Shown here: in pieces, positions 48,387 through 59,094 of the stretch
How positions within the stretch are numbered: position 1 is the stretch's first letter
Layout of the letters: each line of letters begins with the position of its first letter
Position numbers and translations under genes: made by a program
Assembly: GCA_965219445.1 (NCBI GenBank)
Contig: CBDCNQ010000004.1
Location: 1,088,001-1,152,000, forward strand
From: Longimicrobiales bacterium
GTDB lineage: Bacteria > Gemmatimonadota > Gemmatimonadetes > Longimicrobiales > Gaopeijiaceae
Direction: 5' to 3'
DNA length: 64,000 nt
The notes under the pieces: generated by a model
Told to the model about the DNA's origin: nothing
The model's database searches: none
What the model saw: the letters and a program-made list of their open reading frames with translations, nothing else

Positions 48387-51200
48387 TCAGGGATTCAGCC
48401 AGTAGTTCACCTTGATCAGGAAGATGTTGTCCGCGGGCGTCGCGAACATGTCGCTAACGTCACGGCCGACCCCGAACCCGCCGATCCAGGGATCGGTCCC
48501 GTTAACGCCGTCTCCCGTGAGTGAGCTGATCCGGCGCTGCTGCCACACGAGAAACAGCGTCGAGCCCTGTCGCCACTCCCAACGGAGCACCACGTTCCCG
48601 ATAAGGCTGCGGTAACTGAAGTCCGGATCCGACACTCCGAACGGCGCAGCGGGGCCGGTCCCGTCTGGATCGATGTCGTACGTTCCGCCAGGGCCCTGCG
48701 AGACCGTCCCGATGTCCGTCCCGTACTCCAGAAACTTGTACGCGCGCGGCCGTTCGAACTCCTTCAGCTCACCGTAGTCTCCGGTGGAAATGAAAGGCTC
48801 GACATAAACCTGCAGAGACAGCGTGGGGGTGAAGGTGACGTTCACTCTCGCCTCGATGGAGACCGTGGTCTGGTCGAGTCCGCCGAAGATGTAGCGGCTA
48901 CCGTACGTCTGGGTTGCGAGGGGGTCCGCCACCGACGAAACGTATTGAGCCGACGTATGGCCGTAGCTGAAGGACGGCCCGAATTGGATCGTGAGGCTCT
49001 CGCTAGGATTCATGGTCAGGTTGAAGCCGAAGCTGCGATTCCAGGAATCCCCGCTCTCGGTAGCCCACTGATAGTTGAGGCGCCCAACGGTCTCGCGCCT
49101 CCTGTCCGAGCGGACGTTCAGGCTGCCGGAGATGCGGCTGGGCGTGCGCGCCAGCGGCCCCCCACGTGTCAGGCGATCGTCGTCGTGTACGGGGTTGTAG
49201 CCGAATCTCCCTCCTCCACCCCAGTAGTTCAGGAACTGCACGTTGAAGCTACTGTTCACTTCGGTCCAGACCCGGTCGCCGGCGTAGTTCCACACCGCGT
49301 CCGGGCTTCCGCGAACGTCCCACTGCCTCAGGATCCGACCCGGGTCCGGGTGGCTGTAGCTGAAGTTCGTGTCGACGATGACCCGGTCCGAGGCGGACTG
49401 GAATCCGAGGTCGTTCACCTCGAAGCCCGGGCTGGCCGCCGCAACCGCAACCCTCGGACGGAACGCTCCGGCCTGCTTGTCGAACTGCACCATCGCATAG
49501 TATCCGGCCAGAGACGTCGCATCTGCATCGAGAGTCAGGTGGTCGGCGTCGGGGCGCTGATAGTACCGGGTGGAGGAACCTTGTGTAAGCGTGATCGCGG
49601 CCGGATCTCCTTGTACGTAGCTCCCCGAGAACATGGTACTGATCCGGTAAGTTCGACGCGACCACTCGTGGGCGAGGTCGGCACTCCCGGAGTAAGCCGC
49701 CGAGTGAAGCCGGCCATCCATTCCCGTCCCTGCCAGGTTACGGTTCGCGGCTGTGCCTAAAACCCCGAACCGGGTCTCTCCACCCCTGATCTGTCTTCGA
49801 ACCCTCCCCACCAGGTAGTTCGTTGCGGGTTCGACTACGGCCTCATCCCCTGCCTGGTTGGCGTCCACGTACGTTGCGGTTTCCCGGGCAGTGACGGCCT
49901 CGAGGAGACCGAGCGACCAACCGTCCCCCACCCTCCCCGTGACTTTGGCGGCGCCCAGGATTGTTGTGGCGGAGGCCGCATCGGAGAACACCGCATCGGA
50001 AGGAGCTGAGCCCGACGGAGATCGTCCGATCCGACGGGAGTAGAACAACTGGGGGGGGCGCCCCGTGCTCCCGCCCGGGCCCCCTTCTCCGATTTGGAAG
50101 ATATCCCCACCCTCCACAAAAAACGGACGACGCTCCTGAAACCGGGTCTCGAACGCCGTGAGGTTGATCACGGAGGGATCCACCTCCACCTGGCCAAAAT
50201 CGGGATTCACAGTGGCGTCCAGTGTCAGATTCGACGCCAGCCGGTACTTCAGGTCCAGCCCGGCTTCCCCGAAGTAGTCGGATCCGGTCCGAAAGGGGTT
50301 CGAGAAGCCGATACCCGGGGGCACCGCCAACTGAAGGTACTCTCCACGACCCGCCACATAGGGCAACAGCTCCAGCCTCTGGCCCGGCTCGATTCCCTCG
50401 ATCCCATCGAGGTGCGCGAACCGCGATGCCCCTCCCCGCTCCAGAGTCGGTGTAAAGGGGAACGCCGCTCGCTCCTGGTTACGGTGGATGTTTCTCTTTA
50501 TTTCGATGCCCCATACCTGCTCTCCATCGGGGCTGAAACGGAGTTGACTGAACGGAATCCGCATCTCCACCGACCACCCCGCGTCGGTAATCCGGGTGCC
50601 GACATCCCACACGGGATCCCACGAGGGGTCCCCGCCCCCGCCTCCGAATCCACCGCCGCCACCTCCTCCTCCGCGTCCGCCTACACTGGATGACACCGCA
50701 TCGCGAAACGAGCCCGATGGATTAACGCGAAACCGGTACCACGTCTCATGGTCGTGGTAGCTGTCGAGATTCACCAGGAGGTAGTCGAAGGCACCGCCAC
50801 CCATATCGCGCCGAGTGAGGCGCGTGGTGACCGGAGAGCGGTCGTAGAGCATCGCCCCGACATAGATCGCGTCATCGTCATAGGCCAAATGGACCTCGGT
50901 ACGCTCGGTTACGGGCTCTCCCTCCGCCGGGTTCTCCTGGATGAACCCCGTGAGTGCAGGCGCCTCTGTCCATACGGGCTCGTCAAGGCGACCGTCCACA
51001 TCGATGGCGGTTCGAACTCGGACGGCCCGCGCCCGAACAGCCGAATCGTGGTCATACTCAGTCTCAGTGGCGACCGTCTCTTCCTGAACTGGTTCGGTGT
51101 TCCCCTGACCGGATTCGACGATCTGTGCACGCAAGCCCACTGGAGTCGAAAGCAGGATGAGCGCGAGCGTGAGTGTGTCCCTGCGAACAATCATGTGCAT
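48387..51200 (-). CDS. CBM9-like + DUF5916 outer-membrane protein
   Basis: IDVDGRLDEPVW, GWSVEMRIPFSQLRF, TVNPDFGQVEVD, ERRPFFVEG, terminal KVNYWL. Confidence 0.85.
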   Translation of the reverse strand: MHMIVRRDTLTLALILLSTPVGLRAQIVESGQGNTEPVQEETVATETEYDHDSAVRARAVRVRTAIDVDGRLDEPVWTEAPALTGFIQENPAEGEPVTERTEVHLAYDDDAIYVGAMLYDRSPVTTRLTRRDMGGGAFDYLLVNLDSYHDHETWYRFRVNPSGSFRDAVSSSVGGRGGGGGGGGFGGGGGDPSWDPVWDVGTRITDAGWSVEMRIPFSQLRFSPDGEQVWGIEIKRNIHRNQERAAFPFTPTLERGGASRFAHLDGIEGIEPGQRLELLPYVAGRGEYLQLAVPPGIGFSNPFRTGSDYFGEAGLDLKYRLASNLTLDATVNPDFGQVEVDPSVINLTAFETRFQERRPFFVEGGDIFQIGEGGPGGSTGRPPQLFYSRRIGRSPSGSAPSDAVFSDAASATTILGAAKVTGRVGDGWSLGLLEAVTARETATYVDANQAGDEAVVEPATNYLVGRVRRQIRGGETRFGVLGTAANRNLAGTGMDGRLHSAAYSGSADLAHEWSRRTYRISTMFSGSYVQGDPAAITLTQGSSTRYYQRPDADHLTLDADATSLAGYYAMVQFDKQAGAFRPRVAVAAASPGFEVNDLGFQSASDRVIVDTNFSYSHPDPGRILRQWDVRGSPDAVWNYAGDRVWTEVNSSFNVQFLNYWGGGGRFGYNPVHDDDRLTRGGPLARTPSRISGSLNVRSDRRRETVGRLNYQWATESGDSWNRSFGFNLTMNPSESLTIQFGPSFSYGHTSAQYVSSVADPLATQTYGSRYIFGGLDQTTVSIEARVNVTFTPTLSLQVYVEPFISTGDYGELKEFERPRAYKFLEYGTDIGTVSQGPGGTYDIDPDGTGPAAPFGVSDPDFSYRSLIGNVVLRWEWRQGSTLFLVWQQRRISSLTGDGVNGTDPWIGGFGVGRDVSDMFATPADNIFLIKVNYWLNP

Positions 51201-51331
51201 CTACCTGTCCGCAATGGGACGAGAGGGGTCTAATGGGCCACGAGTATACGTCATCCCATCCCACGGGGTTCCGACCGGACCGCTAACCGCGAGTCCGCTC
51301 AGTTTCCCCGAACTCCGGCTCACCTCCGCCT

Positions 51332-52894
51332 TCAGTTGATCCGCCCCCCGTGCTCCTCCCACTCACGATTGCGTAGCAGGAACTTCTGAATCTTCCCGGT
51401 TGAGGTCTTGGGCAGATCGCCGAACTCGATCGTCTTGGGCACCTTGAAGCCCGCGAGCTTCCCGCGACAGTGCTCGACGATATCGTCCTCCGAGGCCGTT
51501 TGTTGTGGCTTCAGGGTGACGAAGGCCTTCGGCACCTCACCCCATTTTTCGTGCGGGATGGGAACGACGGCACACTCCATTACGGCCGGATGCGAAACCA
51601 CGGTTTGTTCGACTTCAACCGTGCTGATGTTCTCCCCACCCGAGATGATGATGTCTTTTTTGCGGTCACGGAGTTCGATGGAGCGGTCGGGATGGAGCAC
51701 GGCGATGTCGCCGCTGTGGAACCAACCGCCCGCGAACGCCTTCTCGGTAGCCTCCGCATCGTCGAAGTAGCCCTTCATGACGATGTTTCCGCGCATGACG
51801 ACTTCACCCATGGTCTCGCCATCGGCCGGAATCGGCTGCATTTCGGCATCGACGACGCTCACTTCTCCAGTGCAGACGTTCGCAAACCCCTGTCGTGCCT
51901 TGTGGCGCGACTGCTCCTCCTCGGACCGATCCCCCAGACTCGGTGGCGCGACGTTGATCGTGCACGGGCCGTAGGTCTCCGTCAGGCCGTATGTATGCTC
52001 GAGCTCGAAGTTGAGGGCGGCCATCTGCGCAATGATCGTGGGCGACGGTGGTGCACCCGCGGTGAAGAGCCTCACCGGTCGCTCGAGTCGGTGTGCGGAC
52101 GGATCGTTGGCAAGCATGGTGAGCACCGTGGGTGCGGCGCAGAAATGCGTGACACCCTCATCGAACCGTCGCCACACGTCCGCCGGATCGATCCGCGGAA
52201 TGCAGACGCTCTTTGCGCCGACGGCCGCGACCCCCCAGGCGAACGTCCACCCGTTGCAGTGGAACATGGGCAACGTCCAGAGATACACGCTTTCCGCGGT
52301 CAGACGCTGGTCGAGGACCATCGCCAGCGCATTCAAATACGCACCGCGATGATGATACATGACGCCCTTCGGTCGGCCCGTGGTCCCGGACGTGTAGTTG
52401 ATCGTGATCGTCTCGTCCTCGTGAAACCCGCTCGTGGGCAACTCGTCATCCGTGCCCTGGGACAAGAGATCCTCGAGCCCGTCTCGGGTGTCGAGCAGCG
52501 TGACGCCGGAAAGCGTGCCGGGGATTTGGTCACGGAGTTCGGGAGAGTAGAACACCATGGTCGACCCCGATTGCCCGATGATGTACCCGATTTCGTCGGG
52601 CGACAGACGCGTGTTGATGCTCACGAGCGTTCCACCGGCGAGCGGCACTCCGAAGTGGGCAAGGAGCAATGGCTCCGAGTTCAACGCAAGAAACGCGACC
52701 CTGTCCCCCTTTTCGAGTCCTCGAGCCTTGAGCGCCGACGCGAAGCGCCTGGCGCGGGCGCGGAAGTCACGCCAGGTGTATTCGACCTCCCCGTCCACGA
52801 CGGCGGTGTGCTCCGCATACGCGTCGCCGGCGCGTTCCAGAAAATGCGTTGGGAGTAATTCTTGGCGGTAGACCTTCGTTTCTGGTTGGCTCAT
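51332..52894 (-). CDS. Acyl-CoA synthetase (AMP-binding)
   Basis: YTSGTTGRPKG, YGLTE, GWFHSGD, TGKIQK. Confidence 0.93.
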   Translation of the reverse strand: MSQPETKVYRQELLPTHFLERAGDAYAEHTAVVDGEVEYTWRDFRARARRFASALKARGLEKGDRVAFLALNSEPLLLAHFGVPLAGGTLVSINTRLSPDEIGYIIGQSGSTMVFYSPELRDQIPGTLSGVTLLDTRDGLEDLLSQGTDDELPTSGFHEDETITINYTSGTTGRPKGVMYHHRGAYLNALAMVLDQRLTAESVYLWTLPMFHCNGWTFAWGVAAVGAKSVCIPRIDPADVWRRFDEGVTHFCAAPTVLTMLANDPSAHRLERPVRLFTAGAPPSPTIIAQMAALNFELEHTYGLTETYGPCTINVAPPSLGDRSEEEQSRHKARQGFANVCTGEVSVVDAEMQPIPADGETMGEVVMRGNIVMKGYFDDAEATEKAFAGGWFHSGDIAVLHPDRSIELRDRKKDIIISGGENISTVEVEQTVVSHPAVMECAVVPIPHEKWGEVPKAFVTLKPQQTASEDDIVEHCRGKLAGFKVPKTIEFGDLPKTSTGKIQKFLLRNREWEEHGGRIN

Positions 52895-53164
52895 GGCCGC
52901 TGTCCGGTCAAAAAGGCTCGCACACTACGGAGGCAGTCGCGCGACGAACTCGTGTCCGAGACTCGCCCGGTCTGCTGAACGGTTAATCTGCCGACCGCGA
53001 GCGAAGCGCGCGACCCTGCTATGTCCCGCCACATGCGAAACGCGCCTGTCTCGTCCAGGCTGTACAAAGAAGGTTCGCCGCCCGAGACTGGGCCCCGGGG
53101 GATCGGCACCATCCTCTGGAGCCACACGATTGAGCGACTGCCCATTGAGAGAGGGGCCATACGC

Positions 53165-54655
53165 ATGTCATACGAGGAGCTGTGCTACAACGAGGTTCGA
53201 CAGACGTCGAGCCACAATGCGTTCCAGCGTCCGGAGAGTATCTATGACCAGGTGGTGTATTGGAGAGTCCGGTCGCTCGAGATCGATTTGCACCGCGGTA
53301 AGCCAGGGCGGCGTGCACTGAAGAAGGACTGGTACATCTATCATGTGGCGTTCATCGACCCCGATACCACGGTGGACCGCTTTAGCGGATTCCTTCAGAT
53401 CTGTCGCGGGATCCAACGAGCCATCCCACAGCACGAAGTGGTGACCGTTTTCCTTGACATCAAGGATCGTTTCCATACGACCGCGTCCGCGTCACAGTCG
53501 GCTGTAGTCTTCGATGGCCTTCTCATCGATGCTCTCGGAGAGGGCCACATCTACCGCCCACAGGACCTGCTGGCTCGCGAGCCCGGAGCGGTGTCGCTCC
53601 AGGCGGCGGTGGCCGCCCAGGGTTGGCCGACCCTGGAAGAATTGAGGGGGAAATTCCTGTTCGTGCTCACCGGAGGAGACGATGAGCTGGCCACGTACGC
53701 CGAATCCGGTACAGCGAACCGACGGGTGGCCTTCCTGTCCACTGGAATGTCGCATGCCAACGAAGTTCCAGCGGATCCACGCATCGTCTTCTACAATATG
53801 AACGGCCAGAATGTGCGTTTCGCGAAGAAGGTTCATGAGGCGGGCCTGGTTTCAAGGGCCTACTACGTCGACTCCAAGGCGCGGTGGCAGTCCGCAGTCG
53901 ATCACGACTGCCACCACATCGCGACCGATCATGTGAACACCCGCCTGGAGCCTTGGTCGAGGACCCGTCGGAGCACCGGTTTCCCCTTCCAGGCGCTGCG
54001 TGGCTACACGCCCTCCGTCACGGAGGCGGGTGAGGTATGCGGCTTGTGGGCGCGATCAGGGGATATCTGGCGTAAACGCGACAGTTTTCTCTACCATTAC
54101 CGGGACTGCTCAGACCGGATAGACAATCGGTATTCGTTCTATATCTCCGGCCCGAACTCGGCAGTCGACGATTGGGTCAAGGGCGGTGTGCTCGTGAGAT
54201 CGTCTCTGGCCAGGAACTCCCCATACTTTGGGGTATTCCGCGTGGGGGAGCACCACGGGCTCCGCATACAGTACCGCGTCTCCTCCAAAGGCCCGACCAT
54301 GGCCGAGGAGAGGAGGCTTGGCCCGGCGGGGCTCTTCGACCCTGACACACTCGTATTCGTCAGACTCAGCGTCAGTCGAGAAGGGCACCGCGTCCGGGGC
54401 TGGGGCTCTGTCGACGGACGCGCTTGGACCGAGCTGGGCCGCTACGAATTCCCCGAGCCGTTGAGGTATCAAGGAATCGGCGTGAGCTCGCACGGAGTCG
54501 CGAGGGGAGCGAAGTTCCTCTTCGGCGTGCCGGGTAACCGCCCTCGCCCCGAGTTCAATCGCCGGCGGTTTATCGGAAAGGGCGACGCAAAAGACAGAGG
54601 ATGGGTCGATTGGGACGGGAAGCGGCGTTGGAGGGTGAACCGCTTCGCTGATTGA
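53165..54655 (+). CDS. PI-PLC-like phosphodiesterase with C-terminal beta-sandwich domain
   Basis: SSHNAF, RSLEIDLH, IYH, WPTLEELRGKF, IATD; GDIW...K.GV..R.SL...GVSSH. Confidence 0.75.
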   Translation: MSYEELCYNEVRQTSSHNAFQRPESIYDQVVYWRVRSLEIDLHRGKPGRRALKKDWYIYHVAFIDPDTTVDRFSGFLQICRGIQRAIPQHEVVTVFLDIKDRFHTTASASQSAVVFDGLLIDALGEGHIYRPQDLLAREPGAVSLQAAVAAQGWPTLEELRGKFLFVLTGGDDELATYAESGTANRRVAFLSTGMSHANEVPADPRIVFYNMNGQNVRFAKKVHEAGLVSRAYYVDSKARWQSAVDHDCHHIATDHVNTRLEPWSRTRRSTGFPFQALRGYTPSVTEAGEVCGLWARSGDIWRKRDSFLYHYRDCSDRIDNRYSFYISGPNSAVDDWVKGGVLVRSSLARNSPYFGVFRVGEHHGLRIQYRVSSKGPTMAEERRLGPAGLFDPDTLVFVRLSVSREGHRVRGWGSVDGRAWTELGRYEFPEPLRYQGIGVSSHGVARGAKFLFGVPGNRPRPEFNRRRFIGKGDAKDRGWVDWDGKRRWRVNRFAD

Positions 54656-54784
54656 CCAGGTTGCTAACATGCCGATGCTCCCGTAGCGTGGGCACTGGCC
54701 GAGAGTCGGTCGGGGTCGTGCCACGGTCGGGGCGTCCCGGAACAGGGACTCCACAACATCAACAGGTGCTGAGAGCCCAAGCAA

Positions 54785-54913
54785 ATGCGTGGATTCTGGT
54801 TTGGCCTATCCTTCCTGGTCGTTTCGCCCGCCGTTGGGCTTGTGGGCCAGACACCCGATGATCCCCTCGTCCGTGTCATGGGCTTCGGTGACTTCAACTA
54901 CGTGGCGACGTAG
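54785..54913 (+). pseudogene. 5' fragment of a secreted/outer-membrane protein (42 aa)
   Basis: MRGFWFGLSFLVVSPAVGLVGQTPDDPLVRVMGFGDFNYVAT*: signal peptide plus a beta-strand-like start. Confidence 0.5.
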
Positions 54914-55410
54914 ACCAGCATCTCCGTTTCCCCGCTTCGGAGGCCTCCCACGAGAAGGTCGTTCAGCCCGGACTGGTTCAGGGTGACCAGACGCTCCTGC
55001 AGGTTGTACGAGAGGGAGAGGCCGGCAACCACATCGTAGTCCATGTATCCCAAGGCACCGGTAGCGACCGCCGTTTCCCACGCCGTGCTGACCAGAATGG
55101 CGGGCTGAAAGCCCTCCATGATGTTTCGGATCGTGGTCGCAGGCACGGCGTCGCCGCTGGAGTCCATGCCGACCAGGACGTCCCGGAGTCCTACATGGAA
55201 CAGGGTGACGTCCTCCAGGCGGAGGCGGTTCTGTTGGATTTCCCGCTCGAAGTTGACCAGCGAGCGGTCGGCGAGATCCTGGAACTCCAGATCCTCGTTC
55301 CACTCGTCGAGCGCGAGGGCCAGGAGTATGCTCCCGACCACCAGCACCCGGGAAATCCAGGAGCCCCACCGCAGGGGGCCTTCGGTCTCGGACGGACTAA
55401 GGTTGGCCAA
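54898..55410 (-). pseudogene. Membrane-anchored hypothetical protein, probably 3'-truncated
   Basis: SILLALALDEW, TAWETAVATG; ends abruptly at a palindromic junction; start uncertain. Confidence 0.5.
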
Positions 55411-55649
55411 TGGGCACTCAGCTGGTTCGAAGCCTATCTCCGTAAAGGGACTCACAGGACGCGGACCCGCACAGGAAGATGGAAGAAGGTGAGGCGTCGG
55501 GCCAGGGAGCCGGACGTTCGCGTGGAGCAATGCACTCACCCTTGGTGGGGGGAGCGAACGTCATGGTGGGAGGCGAGGCGATTTTCTTCGGACGGCTGAA
55601 GAGGGGGTCGAACGTATATCTCCCGGTGAGGTACAGTTTCTAGATAAAA

Positions 55650-56315
55650 CTGCTCGATACCGCACGCATACCGGGCGAGGGTCGTGAGCTCAGCCTCTAC
55701 CAACTGGGCGAGGACTTCGTGATCCGGATCGTAGACGGTCAGGAGCTGATGACCACTCGAGCCCACGGGTCCGAGGACGTGTTAGCCGAGATCGCGTGCA
55801 GAGAGGTCGCCCGTCGCGAGCGGCCCCGGGTGCTGATCGGTGGCCTAGGTATGGGCTTTACTCTGGCCTCGGCGCTGTGCCACCTCGGGCATGACGCGGA
55901 GGTTGTGGTAGCCGAGTTGGTGCCGGCGGTGGTCGAATGGAACCGGGGCCCCCTCGGAGAGAAGGCAGGTCATCCCCTCAGGGATGAACGGGTCACCGTC
56001 CACGAGGTCGACGTCTCGACTATCCTGAAGGCGCAACTGCGGAGCTTCGACGCCATCTTGTTGGACGTGGACAATGGCCCGGACGGACTGACGCGGGAGG
56101 GCAATCATTGGCTCTACTCGAGGGACGGACTGAGCGCAGCCTACCAAGCACTTCGGCCAAAAGGTGTGCTTGCGGTGTGGTCGGCCGGTCCTGACCGCGC
56201 GTTCAGCAAACGTTTGGGCAAGACCGGTTTCGAGGTCCACGAGGTCCCGGTGCGGGCACACCGCGGGAAGGGCGCCCGGCACCTCATCTGGGTTGCTCGA
56301 GCGCCTGAGCAGTAG
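55650..56315 (+). CDS. Spermidine synthase-like methyltransferase (start uncertain)
   Basis: [37 protein letters not shown]. Confidence 0.8.
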   Translation: MLDTARIPGEGRELSLYQLGEDFVIRIVDGQELMTTRAHGSEDVLAEIACREVARRERPRVLIGGLGMGFTLASALCHLGHDAEVVVAELVPAVVEWNRGPLGEKAGHPLRDERVTVHEVDVSTILKAQLRSFDAILLDVDNGPDGLTREGNHWLYSRDGLSAAYQALRPKGVLAVWSAGPDRAFSKRLGKTGFEVHEVPVRAHRGKGARHLIWVARAPEQ

Positions 56316-56322
56316 AGAGCGG

Positions 56323-56415
56323 TTAGCCCTCCAGTCCCACCTCCACGAGAAAACGTTTGAAGCGTGGGCTTCCTCGCAAGGGATCGAAGACGGGCTCGAC
56401 CTTCAGGGCAGCCGT
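56323..56415 (-). pseudogene. Orphan 3' end of a TPR/kinase-type gene
   Basis: [27 protein letters not shown], matching the common LxVDPxFDPLRxDPRF terminal motif. Confidence 0.65.
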
Positions 56416-56499
56416 TCGTCTGGCAGGCGTCGACCCACCCACCCCTCTCCTCGCCCCACGCATTCGTGTACGTTGGGGCTCGCACCCGGTACCCGGACC

Positions 56500-58062
56500 A
56501 TGGAGCCTGCGATCACCCCCCATCCGACGGGCACTCCCCTCGGCATTCTTCGCGATGTCTTCGGCTACGAGGACTTCCGCCCCGGCCAGCTCGAGGTCAT
56601 CGAGGCCGTGGTCGAGGGCCGTGACTGCATCGCACTCATGCCCACCGGGGCGGGCAAATCCCTGACGTTCCAGGTGCCAGCCCGCTTGATGGACGGCACG
56701 GTGCTCGTGTTGTCTCCACTGATCTCCCTCATGAAGGACCAGGTCGATGCGCTCAATGATCTGGGCTTTCGGGCCGCTGCGATCAACTCCTCCCTGGAAC
56801 CGGGCGAGCGGGAGCGGAGGCTCCAGGACCTGAGAGCCGGAGAGTACGAGCTCGTTTATCTTGCCCCGGAGGGGCTCGACGGCCCTTTGAGCCGGGAGGC
56901 AGGAAACTGGCCGCTCTCGCTCCTCGTGGTGGACGAGGCCCACTGTATCAGCCAGTGGGGCCACGACTTCCGGCCGTCGTACCGGCGGCTGCAGAGGCTC
57001 CGGGAAGAGCTGCCCAACGTGCCAGTGCTCGCGCTCACCGCGACCGCCACAAACGCGGTGGCCCGTGACATCATTCGCCAACTCGACATGAGCAAGCCCG
57101 CGGGCTTCAAGGGCTCGTTCTTCCGCCCCAACCTGAACATTTATTGCCGGAAGAAGGGCACTGGACCCACGCGCCGCGAGATCGCAGGGCTGATCCAGGC
57201 TCGGCAGGGGCAGAGTGGCATCCTGTACTGCGCCTCGCGGAAGGCGGTCGACCAGATGGCCGACTTCCTCTGCAATCAGGGCGCGCGGGCGTTGCCGTAT
57301 CACGCGGGCATGGAGGACGGAGATCGGGCGGCAAATCAGGAGGCTTTTGCGCGCGACGACGCCGATGTGATCGTCGCTACCATTGCCTTCGGCATGGGCA
57401 TCGACAAGTCGAACGTGCGCTTCGTCATCCACCGAGACATGCCCAAGGACGTGGAGTCCTGGTATCAGGAGATGGGTCGCGCGGGTCGGGATGGTCTGGA
57501 TAGCGACTGCTTTCTGTTCTATTCGTGGGCCGACGTGAAGCTACAGGAGAGGTTCCTGAGTGACATCGACGACCCGGATCTCTACTGGGCGAAGATCGAG
57601 GCGGCCAAGGCCCTCTTCCGCTTGGTGGACGGCGGTGGATGCCGGCACAGGAAGATCCTGGGCCACTTCGCCGAGGAGATCGATGCGTGCGGTACGTCCT
57701 GTGATTGGTGCACGGGTGTGAAGGCCGAGGAACTGGCGGCGGAGGGGATGGGGGCGGCCGCGGTGGCAGCCCCTCGACGGCGATCGTCGCAGTCATACGA
57801 TCGAGTGGCGGAGTCCGCGCCACTCACTGATGAAGGTGAGGCCCTGTTTCAGACCCTAAGAGAGCTCCGCAAGTCGATCGCGGACCAGCAGGGTGTGCCG
57901 GCCTACATCGTCTTCAGCGATAAGACCCTTCGGACCATGGCAGAGGAGCGTCCATCCACGCCGGAAGAGTTCTTGGCTCTCTCGGGCGTTGGGCCGCTGA
58001 AGCTCGAGCGATACGGAGAGGCGTTCTTGGAGGCGGTGGGCGAGGCCCCCATCGGGCGGTAG
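56500..58062 (+). CDS. recQ: RecQ family DNA helicase with HRDC domain
   Basis: [29 protein letters not shown], Zn-binding cysteines, [13 protein letters not shown]. Confidence 0.92.
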   Translation: MEPAITPHPTGTPLGILRDVFGYEDFRPGQLEVIEAVVEGRDCIALMPTGAGKSLTFQVPARLMDGTVLVLSPLISLMKDQVDALNDLGFRAAAINSSLEPGERERRLQDLRAGEYELVYLAPEGLDGPLSREAGNWPLSLLVVDEAHCISQWGHDFRPSYRRLQRLREELPNVPVLALTATATNAVARDIIRQLDMSKPAGFKGSFFRPNLNIYCRKKGTGPTRREIAGLIQARQGQSGILYCASRKAVDQMADFLCNQGARALPYHAGMEDGDRAANQEAFARDDADVIVATIAFGMGIDKSNVRFVIHRDMPKDVESWYQEMGRAGRDGLDSDCFLFYSWADVKLQERFLSDIDDPDLYWAKIEAAKALFRLVDGGGCRHRKILGHFAEEIDACGTSCDWCTGVKAEELAAEGMGAAAVAAPRRRSSQSYDRVAESAPLTDEGEALFQTLRELRKSIADQQGVPAYIVFSDKTLRTMAEERPSTPEEFLALSGVGPLKLERYGEAFLEAVGEAPIGR

Positions 58063-58109
58063 TGGCCACCTCTGTGGCGGCCACCCACAATTGACGATAC
58101 AGTACGCTC

Positions 58110-59027
58110 ATGCTGACTCGACGATCTTTCGTTCTGGCTTCTTTGGCGGCTCCCCTGGCGCGGTCGGTACGGCCGGTCGAGGCACAGTCAGCCCCGCCCG
58201 GCAAGATGCTGCTCAGCATTCACCAGAACACTTCCCGAGCGGCCGGATTCCGCGGATCGCTCGAAGGCTGGGCGAGAGCGGGTATCGAGTACGTCGAGCT
58301 GAACGCCGGCATGCTCGACGGTTTCCTCGAGAACGATACGTTACCTGCCGCGCGGCGGCTTCTGACCGATCTGGGACTGACACCGGTTTCCGCTGCGGCG
58401 GGCTTGCCGGATATCTGGATCCCGGGTCCGGCAAGAGCAGCATCGCTCGAGACGTGGAGAAGGCGCTGCGATCAGTTTGCCAGCCTTGGACTGCAGAAGA
58501 TCTACTCCTCGTCGAGCACGAGGCGGCCCGTCACCCCCGAAGACTTCGCGGCGACGCCAGACTGCATCCGTGAGACCGGAGAGATCGCCAGGGAGTACAA
58601 CCTCACGGCGATGATCGAATTCCTCCGCACGTCGAGCCACCTGGCAACGCTGACCTCAGCGCTCCAGGTGATCCGCGAGGCGGCGCATCCCAACGTCCGA
58701 CCCATGCTCGATTTTTTCCACTTCTGGTCGGGACTGAGCAAATTCGAAGATCTGGACCTGCTCGAGCCGGGTGAGCTCGCACATGCGCATTTCCAGGATC
58801 TGCTCGATGGGCCGCGCGAGTTGATCGATAACGATTCGAGGCTGATTCCCGGCGACGGCATCGCACCTGTGGTGCGCATCCTCCGAAAGCTGGCTGAAAA
58901 AGAGTACGACGGAGCGCTTTCGGTAGAGTTGTTCCGGGCGGAGCTGGTCAGGGGGGACCCGTTCCAGGTCGCTACCGAAATCCGCCGGAAATGCGAAGCT
59001 GTGATGCGCGAAGCACAGGTTCTCTAG
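58110..59027 (+). CDS. Sugar phosphate isomerase/epimerase (xylose isomerase-like TIM barrel), Tat-exported
   Basis: TRRSFV Tat motif; IEF, DFFH, HFQD, PGDG, SVELF. Confidence 0.85.
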   Translation: MLTRRSFVLASLAAPLARSVRPVEAQSAPPGKMLLSIHQNTSRAAGFRGSLEGWARAGIEYVELNAGMLDGFLENDTLPAARRLLTDLGLTPVSAAAGLPDIWIPGPARAASLETWRRRCDQFASLGLQKIYSSSSTRRPVTPEDFAATPDCIRETGEIAREYNLTAMIEFLRTSSHLATLTSALQVIREAAHPNVRPMLDFFHFWSGLSKFEDLDLLEPGELAHAHFQDLLDGPRELIDNDSRLIPGDGIAPVVRILRKLAEKEYDGALSVELFRAELVRGDPFQVATEIRRKCEAVMREAQVL

Positions 59028-59094
59028 GCGGACTAGAACTGACCGGGGGCGGGGGCGGCCCGGCACTCTCCACCCACACGAGGAGTCCAGCCAG

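Noticed and set aside
50630..50680. Gly-rich run in the DUF5916 protein
   Set aside because: In-frame low-complexity loop with no evidence of function
51470..52858. 462-aa plus-strand ORF
   Set aside because: Antisense shadow of the acyl-CoA synthetase
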